A stretch of 63,862 nucleotides of DNA, counting the filler, from Vannella sp. (taxonomy: Eukaryota): assembly GCA_023345925.1 (NCBI GenBank). It is 5 parts of 5 records of this genome, joined end to end, with 100 filler letters (N's around TTAATTAATTAA, not from the genome) between each part and the next. Parts side by side here need not be neighbours in the genome. Positions count along the whole stretch, not along the records: positions 1 to 24,610 come from JAJQQN010000743.1; positions 24,711 to 38,822 come from JAJQQN010000630.1; 3 more parts are not named here. One strand, given 5' to 3'. This document shows, piece by piece, positions 22,569-31,946 of the stretch; within the stretch, counting starts at the first letter, position 1; each line of letters opens with the position of its first letter. The translations under genes were made by a program, and so were the position numbers. The notes beneath the pieces are model-generated. The model was not told the origin of the DNA and searched no databases. It saw only the letters and a program-made list of their open reading frames with translations.

Positions 22569-22681
22569 TACCGGTTCCCCCGCTTGTGACTTTTCTCTCA
22601 GCTGCATAGTGATTTCGGAATTTCGTTTTTTTTGAAAGCGGGTCTGTGCATGGGATACCATTGTTTGTTTTGGTTGGATTG

Positions 22682-23406
22682 ATGGCGTCGATCCAAAAGC
22701 ACCGGAGCCACTGGACTGCTCGTTTGCAGGACCCTTCGATGAACCCTCACCGCTTCTTGCCCACTCCTGTACCGTCTCAGCCTATAGGCAATATTACTGC
22801 ACCCGTGGAGTACCGCGCTCCCCGCTCCCGGGATACTCAGCCGCCGCCAGCAGCGTATGGACCAGGCTCCTTCCGTGTGTTGGACCGTTACAACGACTAC
22901 CGTTCCTACATTAGCCCAGATGGAACATGCACGAACAACGTCTCGGAGGTCATTGGATACCTCGAGTTCGACCAGAACATTGCGGGATCTGCGTAAGGTT
23001 ACTCTTGCAATCTCCTCCGCTTCTAAGGGTTCAGTACAGAGCAAGTGAATACCTGGGGCGAGTTAACGCGGATTGGCAGGTTGAAGATGAGGTTGACACT
23101 CCCATTGGACTGATTGACCCTGGTCGAGCATTGGTATGAACCTTGCCAACACAGTGAGCGCACTAGGGGCTGATTGAGAGCGGTTGATAGCTTCGTGACC
23201 ATACTGGTTCTATCATTGCGGAGTTTGACAATGCTGGTTGCATCAAGGGCGAGGATGGCTCATACCTTGGACAAGTTGAGGGATTCTCCTACCGTGATTT
23301 GAAGGTATGGCCCCTTTCTATTGTGTCACCACTCACTCTTGTTTAGTCTATCGCCATGTATCTTATGTTCATCGATCCTGGAATGCTCAGCTGCATTGAA
23401 GGTTAA
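22682..23406 (+). CDS. Beta-repeat protein (5-fold beta-flower-like), 4 exons
   Basis: Spliced product repeats D/N-x-x-G-x-x-I/L-G: SPDGTCTNNVSEVIGYL, EDEVDTPIGLI, RDHTGSIIAEF, GEDGSYLGQV; start uncertain. Confidence 0.6.
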
Positions 23407-23579
23407 GTTGCCTCGAAGGGTCGCAACTAGATACAACTCCTTCCCCAGAAGAGTCTCATAGGAGAAGGGTTGGCTTAAGCAGCTTGGATACCTCTCCATC
23501 CTTCGTGCTGGGGGTCAATCAGGTCGCATTTGATCTCCTATGAACGCAAATATGGAGGTGAGGAGTTTAGTAGAACATC

Positions 23580-24610
23580 CTAAAGCTTGGGTATGAGGTA
23601 TTGAGGCATCTCCCATCCACACAGAAGGTCCTGGACGATATTAATGCGGTCGTGTCCCCAAATCAAGAGACTAGAATGTGGATTGGATTTGACTTGGAAG
23701 GTTGGAACACCGCATACCCCCAATCCAACTGCCTTTTCGGTATTCTGTGAGAGATTTTCTGCAATTCTTGCGCTTGATGCAGTTTCTAGGAGTAGTTGAG
23801 TCTCCGCTTTCGGTAAGAGAGACAGGAGAAGGGGTTCCAAGACAACCATTGACCTGATATCCTGATGGCTCTCCCACACTGCTTTGAAGATAGCAGACAT
23901 CAGTTGCTCAACGAACAAGGAGCTGTACAAAGATTGGGCAGCTATAATCACGCGAGCAGGGAAGCTGTTTGTACCCAAGGGATGATGGGGTGTTAGTGCC
24001 AATCCACATTCTGTGACTCCAGCATTTCTCGCCCAATCCAAAAAGTCCAATCGCTGGTAAGTGAGTTTCGCAGATGACAACTTTGGTGGAGTGTCAGGCA
24101 GTCCTCCGCGTAGTATTGGTACAAGGGTGAGTTTCAAGAGGAGGTCGGACAGGCCAGTGTCATTCACAAGCCGCTGACGCAACTGAATGGCTACCAGATA
24201 ACTCCACGGGCAAGCAAAGTCAAAGTAAAACAGTACTTCTTGCTTAAGAAGTAGAGCAGTTGGAAGGGGCGCCTCTTGAAGACGTAAGGGTCCCTCTTGA
24301 CTGAGACCAAGAGATTGGGAAACAAAGTGCAGCCTATCAGATCCCCAGAAAAACCTATTCTTTGTGGGAACCCAAAACGAAGGCACCCCGAAGATACCTC
24401 GCTCAGTGGCCCATTGCGTTGCTTCTCTGAGTTTCTGTGAGGCCTCGGGGGAGTTCCAGACCTCCCTTGGGCCCTTTCCAAACCCTATGGAAGACCAGAG
24501 AGGATCCAGCACATTCAAAGTTACAGTTTCCAATACCTGGTCGTCATCCAAGTCCAAGTTATCAACCCATCGGGCACGGTAAAAGGCTTTGGCGAAGGGG
24601 GGACGCGCTG
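23580..24610 (-). CDS. DsbA/HCCA isomerase/GST-kappa family protein with tandem domains; 5' truncated by contig end
   Basis: GIFGVPSF..FWGSDRL (end of domain 1); FYFDFACPWSYL..GVCGVPTF..IWGHDRI (domain 2). Confidence 0.85.
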
Positions 24611-24710
24611 NNNNNNNNNNNNNNNNNNNNNNNNNNNNNNNNNNNNNNNNNNNNTTAATTAATTAANNNNNNNNNNNNNNNNNNNNNNNNNNNNNNNNNN
24701 NNNNNNNNNN
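24611..24710. other. Artificial contig linker
   Basis: N44-TTAATTAATTAA-N44, with stops in all six frames. Confidence 0.97.
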
Positions 24711-26603
24711 ATCTGGAGAAGAGCGAAGAATCAGTATTATCACCATACTGCCAAAGCCCACCTTCTCAGGATTGGCTCGCCACTCGTGACTTTTCTCGAA
24801 CTCTCTTCTCACCTGGTCATTCCAATGTTTCGAATAGCGATAACGCAGTTTGTCTTCTTGTCGAGCTGCAAACTCACTTGGCATCCGCTGCTTGACTTCA
24901 TCATAGCTCATTCCATCGCACACACCAGCTTGGATCTCCTCTAGAGCTTTCCAACGGATGAGTTGGACACAAGGGATAATCTCTGTGGTTTGAATTGCTC
25001 TTCGCATGGTACTGCTCCACACACAGAGATCCTTCCTGCAGTTCCCAATCTCCTGAGCCATATAATCTTTCAGATTATTCCGGAACTGGAGCCCCTCAGC
25101 AGTCAATGGAGCGTCCCCTCCGATTCGGTCGACCACATTGAATTCACTTTGTCCATGCCGAGCGAGGTAGATTGGGCGCGGCGTGATATGTAAGTTACTT
25201 AGGTAGAACATAATCTTGCCAGGGACGAAGCCGGTGATGCGGTTCGACACAATCTGGCGACCAACATCGAGAATCTTAATATACCTCACATTCTCTTCCC
25301 GTGAGAGGGTTTGATAGGCCTGCTTGTAGTGATGAATTCGTTCGGTAAAATCTGATGAACCGGTCAGTCAGCCAAGTCCATGGAGACACGCCAGTCACAG
25401 AAACGTACCTTTCACTACTTGATTGGGATTGACTCCCACGTAGTCTGGGGAGGTCAGTTTGGTTGCTCTGATATTTGCATTGATTGCTATCTTTGGTGGT
25501 TAGAATGGTGCTCTTTGGGAGGTCCTGACGTACTCTCTTCGTCTTCACAGAGAATCTCGATGAAGATGGCCTTGACTTCAATGTCTCCACGGGCACTCTC
25601 GGCCTTCAGGCGACTAAGAATCATCTGCCGTCGAGCGTAGGTGGAGTTTGTGCCATCAAAGATAGCAATCATCCCGTTATCCCGCTTGTACCAGTCCAGA
25701 AGGTCTTCCATTGCCGCCTCTGCCATCGATTCGCGGGCATTCTGGCCCTAAGGGGAGTTCTGTTAGAGGAATCACAGATCGAGAGGGACTGTGACGATCG
25801 TACTTCAGGGTTATCGGCGCGGAACCAGTCATGGCTATGGAAAGATCCAAGGAGCTCTCGTCGGTAGCTGCCCAGGTTGAAGATCTTGCTCTTATAGCCA
25901 AGCCAGTTCAGGTAGCGGAAGAGCTTGCGGCTGATGAAGCTCTTTCCACGAGCAGGAAGGCCAACCATTGCCAAGAGGAGCTTGACTCCACCCTTTGGCT
26001 GTGTCCCAAGCGCGTATGTTTCAAGAGAGTTGAAGCTGGTGGTGCGGGTAGCTTTGTAGTTCTTCCCACTTTGAGGACTAGGAGGGTTGGGAGTTCGGAT
26101 GACTTCTTCCACTCCAGGCAGAAGGAGATGGTTCCGCAGGTTCTTCTTCTTTCCTCTGTCCCTTCTGTACAGATCTGGGCTCTCAAACTCCATCCGAGCA
26201 CCTACTCCAGCATGAGAACGGCGCAAAAGAGGGGAGGAAAGAGCGTACCACGCGAGGAGGTTACTTCAATGCAGTTGTTAATGTTCCCATTCATGTCTCG
26301 GATCTGCTCTTGATCCGGGGAATAGCGCCACTCCCCATCGACGATGAACTTGTAAGAATGAATACCCACAGGAAGGATCCCCACGTGGCTCCACACCGCG
26401 CTGTCCTCCTCCTTCTTCATCGGCACAAACTCCGTCCAACCTCCAAAGCTTCCCACTAACAGTACTTCATTCCCCCCATGAGTCCAATGGAACGCCGCAG
26501 GCGCAGTCTCGACCGCTTCCGCCAGGTTTCCTCCAAATGCCGTCAAAAACACCCATTTCTGCCCACATCGACTCCCAAAAATCCCCCGTATACAGTGGAA
26601 CAT
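24711..26603 (-). CDS. PFKFB: 6-phosphofructo-2-kinase/fructose-2,6-bisphosphatase with N-terminal CBM48 (AMPK-beta type); 3' incomplete
   Basis: GGNEVLLVGSFGGW..YKFIVDGEW..GNINN; MVGLPARGKS; FDGTNST; IYLARHGQS; start codon uncertain. Confidence 0.9.
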
Positions 26604-26749
26604 CCATTTTGTAGTCGCACAACAATTGGGTGACGATTTTTCATTTATTGCGACACAACCGGGAATGCGAAATCTCACGGAGATTTCGAGCCATTTGCTA
26701 TTTTCGTCGCGATGGTCACGTGACTTCATTGTGCCTTTGGCTTGCGGAC

Positions 26750-28483
26750 ATGTCTCTCAGCACGGGCAACATTGATGTGGCGGGTGTAGGAGGGACGCTG
26801 GAGCCTTCGCATTCCTCTGAACCTTGCTTGGACCTGAGTGGGGTGGGAGCTGTGGAGCCTGTTGGCGAGGATGTGAAAGAGACCGGGGAAGGAGTTTGTG
26901 TACAACAGCAGGCTGGGCACAGCTTTTACTGGCATACGTTCAGTTCTTCTGCTTACTGCAGCTGCTGTGAAGAGTTTATTTGGGGTCTTCGCAAGCAGGC
27001 GCTGAAGTGTTCAGGTGTGCACCTTTCTCCCTCCTTCTCCTCTCTCCCTGACGCTCCGGTTGGCTAGCGTGTGGGTACGTCACTCATGATGCCTGCAAGG
27101 CCAATGTTGTAACTGGCTGTTACACTCCTGTGTTCCTTCCAGACCCCAAAAACCCCGACTCAGTGCAGTACAAGCACCATTGGGTCTCTGGTAACTGCCA
27201 CGGCAAGAAGTGCGTGTTCTGTGATAAGACAACAAAGAGCAAAGGAGGTGGCTTCTCAACGACAGCGCGTTGTGGAGCTTGTAAAGCTCCTGCTCACAAG
27301 CAGTGTTTAGAACTTGCTGGACCCAGCAACGGCCCGTTCTATTGCAGACCACCGTTCGGTTCCTTGAGGTTCTGCCAGGACCTACTCGCTTCTGCCTCTC
27401 CCCCGAAGGACTATCAGCCTCTTCTCGTCTTTGTGAACCACAAAAGCGGGGGACAGCAGGGTATTCAAGTGCTACAGGAGCTCAGGGAGCTACTCTCAGC
27501 GGAACAGGTCATATCTATGTTGGAGGAGACTCCAGTGGGACCTTCATCAGGCTTGAATCGGTTCGGACACATCCCAAATCTGCGGATTCTTGTCTGTGGC
27601 GGCGATGGTACAGCTGGATGGGTTCTCCAAGAGATGATGGATTCACGGGAGGACTTTATACATCGGCCCCACATCCCTCCAATGGCAATCTTGCCTTTGG
27701 GCACAGGAAATGATCTCGCTCGAGTTCTGGGCTGGGGAGGCGGGTAAGCTCTATCCACAGCACTTGAAAGTTTGCTCACTAACTCTTCTCTCCAGATACA
27801 CCACCTCAGACAGTCTAGGTGACTTCCTGGGGTACATTGAAGCCCACACAGAGGTTTCCCCCTTGGACCGATGGCAGGTCCGCATCACTCCCTCACTAAT
27901 GGGAGAAGTAGAGCAGAAGACCTTTGTTCTTAACAACTACTTTAGCATTGGGCTGGATGCTCAGATAGCTCTCCAGTTCCACAAAATGCGAGAGGCCAAT
28001 CCGAGTCTGTTCGTGAGCCGTACCCTCAACAAGGGCATCTACGGCGTGTACGGGGTGCAGAAGCTTGTTGATGCGCCACCAGCCTTGTCTGAGATTGGCG
28101 TGGAAGTGCTCGTTTCAGGAGAGCCTCTTCTCCCTGAGAGCTTACAGAAGCTCCAGTGCATCGTTTGGCAGAACATTCCTTCGTATGGGGGTGGTTCTAT
28201 CCTCTGGGGAGACCACAATCCATCTACAGAGCCCCATATACTGCCTTGTAAGATGGACGATGGTATCCTTGAGGTTGTAGGTCTCCGCGACATCGCCCAC
28301 GTCGCTGGCATCCAAGCCACAGTCATGTCAGGAACCAAGCTTGGTCAAGGTCATGAGTTCGTCATCACCATCGAGAAGGAATGCCCAATCCAAGTGGACG
28401 GCGAGCCCTTCACCATTGGCCCCAGCACCATCGTCATCACCCACTTGAACAAGGCGCAAATGCTCAAACGTATCAAACCCTAA
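26750..28483 (+). CDS. DGK: Diacylglycerol kinase (C1-C1-DAGKc-DAGKa)
   Basis: Two C1 fingers; PLLVFVNHKSGG, VCGGDGTAGW, LPLGTGNDLAR, NNYFSIGLDA, PIQVDGEP; 2 introns. Confidence 0.95.
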
Positions 28484-28513
28484 ACCCTGAACCCTGAACC
28501 CTGAACCATAAAC
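28475..28513. repeat. Interstitial telomere-like heptamer array (TTTAGGG/TTCAGGG)
   Basis: AAACCCT AAACCCT GAACCCT GAACCCT GAACCAT AAAC. Confidence 0.75.
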
Positions 28514-28530
28514 ACTCATTTGTTGGGAGG

Positions 28531-29733
28531 ATGAGCTCCTTCTCACTAGACGCCATCATCGCGAGGAAGAAGCGCGAGCTGGGGCAGGATGGAGATGCTC
28601 CCTTTGCAAAGAAGCAGAAGAAGTACCGGAGTAAGCGGGAGATCGACGAGGAGAAGCGGTTGGCAGTAAGAAAGCGCCTTGTTTGGTGATTTGAGGCTGA
28701 TAGAAGGGCAGGAGGAAGCTGCAAAAGAGGCAGCTAAGCCAATTGAGGTGCCAGAGACCAAACCTGTACAGCCAGAGGAGCCGGAGGTGACGCTGAAGGA
28801 GGAAGAAAGGATCCCGCAGTACGATCGCGATGTCGTCATCCAGAGACTCCGATTAGCAGGCCTTGTCGTTACATTCTTTGGTGAGAGCGACTGGGAGCGT
28901 GAGCAGAGGTGGCTACAGCACGACACGTCGAGTAAAGAGGACTTCTCCTACAACAAGGGGATGAAGAACGATTTTGACGACATGCTACGCAACCTTAACC
29001 CTGATACGACCGAAGATGATGCTCTCAACTCCATGAAAGACCTTCGAGAGCACGAAGCGTACTTGAAGACACCCATTGAGAAGATCTTTGACGGTCTGAC
29101 ACTCTGTGATGAGGACAAAGTCCTCCTTATACTCCGGGTAGGCCATTTGAAGCACGCAGAGGATGATTCATAGCTCATTGTTTCTATCTAGCGTCTGTTT
29201 GAGGAGTGGAAGCTGGAGGTGAACTCACGAGAGGCAGAACATCTCAAGAACATTCAAGGACGCAAGCTGATCGTCACTCTGCGGCAGACAGAGATGTTCC
29301 TTAAGCCTCTGTTCAGGTCTCTGCGACAGAGAGTGAGTATACGGAGTGCAAGAGACGTCACAGACTGACGAAATGACAGACTTTGGGTGCGGACTTGTTG
29401 TTGTGCTTGACTGCTATCGCAGGAGCGTTGGTGGAGCGCAACTATACAAAGGCAGGTGACTTTTACATTCAGATGGCTGTAGGCAATGCTCCGTGGCCCA
29501 TCGGTGTGACAATGGTGGGCATTCATGAGCGATCCGCTCGTGAGAAGATTCACAGCAACCAAGTAGCTCGTACGAACCTATCCTTGCACCTCCTATGATA
29601 CTAGGAGACTCACAATGTTTCCACAGATGTCCTAAACGATGAAACATGCCGAAAGTACATCCAATCGGTCTTCCGTTTGATCAAGTTCTGTCAGAGCGCG
29701 TACCCAGCAGCTCCCTCTCGATCCATTGGATGA
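28531..29733 (+). CDS. PRP18: Pre-mRNA splicing factor 18
   Basis: SFM motif VIQRLR..TFFGES..R; YIQMAVGNAPWPIGVTMVGIHERSAREKI..NDETCRKYIQS; 4 introns. Confidence 0.95.
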
Positions 29734-29783
29734 AGAGCCGTGTGTTAACTGCTTGGCAACCAACAAACGCCTCATTCCTTGCC

Positions 29784-30869
29784 ATGACCACATGGTTGGC
29801 GATGCTGCTTTGCCTTTTCATGCTCCAGGGTTTAGGAGGGGTGAAAGTGCAGCGCGTGGTGTATAGAGACGATGGAAGACTTGATAGCGTAAGACTGAAG
29901 CTCTCTTATAGCCGCCAGACTGAGAGGTGGGAGTAGTACCAGCTTCCGCCATCTGAAAGAGCGAAAGGGGACGCTACTGTCATGATTCTGCAAGGCTTTA
30001 ACATCCTGGACCACAACAAGGATGGTACATGGACTGCAAGCCATCTAAAGAGTGCCCAGAAGCAGTGGCGGCTGTGTCCTGAAGAGCGTTTTGGGGAGCA
30101 GCCCGTTCTCTTTAACGCCTTGGCCTTCTGCTCTGGTTTCCTCCTCTCAAACGATCCTCCTTGGATAGGTACAGCCTCTCATTGTGTACAGGGTCAGATA
30201 GAGGAGTATTGGGTGATCTTTGGCTTCCAAATGCTCGACCACTCGACTCCCAATCTCCTCTTCCGAGCGGACGACGTCTACTCTGCCCGAGGAGTAGTGA
30301 CCTCTGGCACCCCAACGGGTGATGTTGGTGACTATGGCGTGCTCCTGCTGGATCGCCCGGTCGTGGGACACTCAGCCTACGTCCGAGTGAACGACCAAGT
30401 GCAAGTGGGGGACAGTTTGGCGATCGTAGGGTACCCAATGGGGTTGCCAAAGAAGACTGATAGTGGTGGACGTGTGCTGATGAGCAACGAGACGATGATT
30501 CGCGGTGATTTGGACAGTTACGAGGGAAACTCGGGCGCTCCTGTGTTCGATCATCGCGGATACTTGGTGGGCTTGCTGGCAGGTGGTTCCGACGACTTTG
30601 ATGAAGTAGAACCATCTCTCTGCCGTCGCTCTAAGACCTGTCCAGGCTCAGAAGGCTGCGAAGAGTTCGGAGAGTTCATCGTTCCCATCCGTGTTCTCCT
30701 CTCCGACCCTCTCCTCACCACCCACCTCTCCCATCTCCACTCGCACCAACCCACTGACATCACCAACGATCCCTCTCAACTAGCATCCGCAATTCTAATC
30801 CTCCTCGTCCTCTCCGGCCTCTGCGTGACGGCGACGATTAAAAAACATAAAAAATCGGGTAAAACATAA
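29784..30869 (+). CDS. Membrane-anchored trypsin-like (V8/S1B-type) serine protease
   Basis: Signal peptide; triad motifs TASHC, GDYGVLLL, GNSGAPVF; C-terminal TM helix and Lys tail; one intron ~29889-29942. Confidence 0.85.
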
Positions 30870-30920
30870 AATTAATGGCCTGGGCGTGGGCGGCAACAAA
30901 AACCATTCTTTGTTGGGGCG

Positions 30921-31797
30921 ATGTTCGTGACTGGACGTGTAGTCTCGGCGTTGCGTGCTCCGGGTGTTGTTCGTGTTGCTGTGCAAGGTGGGTGGTGATG
31001 GGAGAGAGTAGAGGAGGGGCTGATGAGGGTAGGGCGCTTTGCGAGCACTTCGGAACAGAAGGAGGAGCTGGAACCGGTCGTCCCTCACAAGCCAGAGTAC
31101 TTTGCCGTACCTTCGCCTGAGAAACACGCTGAGAACCGTGCTTTCCGAATCAAGAAGGCTAGCGATGACTGTAGGTGGCTCTCTGCCTTTGATCCAGAGA
31201 AGAGACTGGTTCTAACCGGGTGTGGCTGTAGTGTACGTGCGCCCACACTACTTTGATACCAACGGATGGGACTTCTTGACGGAGAGAGAAGAGGGCAAGT
31301 CCTGGATGCGAAAGATTGCGGACAGAACAGCGGGAACCTTCTTCCTCTTGGAGATCGTTGATGGCATGGCGCTCACCCTCAAGGCGATGTTCCAACCTCA
31401 TTACACGCTCCACTACCCCTTCGAGAAGGGACCAATCAGCACCCGCTTCCGTGGGGAGCACGCTCTGCGCCGCTACCCCAACGGGGAGGAGCGATGCATC
31501 GCTTGTAAACTGTGTGAAGCCATCTGCCCTGCACAGGCTATCACAATCGAGTCAGAGCCACGTCCTGATGGGTCTCGCCGTACCACTAGATACGACATTG
31601 ACCTCACCAAGTGCATCTTCTGCGGGTTCTGCCAAGAAGCCTGCCCTGTGGATGCCATCGTAGAGGGACCCAACTTTGAGTACTCCACAGAGACACACGA
31701 GGAACTGCTCTACTCCAAAGAGAAGCTCCTCTCCAACGGTGACCGCTGGGAACCTCTTCTGGCTGCTTGTGTGGCTCACGAGTTCCCTTACCGCTAA
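30921..31797 (+). CDS. NDUFS8: Complex I iron-sulfur subunit TYKY/NuoI
   Basis: Arg/Val-rich presequence; [35 protein letters not shown]; 2 introns. Confidence 0.97.
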
Positions 31798-31946
31798 CTG
31801 CTGCCACTTCTCACTCAGCAGTGCCAACCTCTACTCCTAAGCAACAATACAATACGCTCCCACTCAAATCCTGCCCCAGCAAGACAAAGAACGGACCAAA
31901 ACAGGCTTTTATCCGCCCAAAAGGGGAATTCCGGCAAGGAAGAGCG

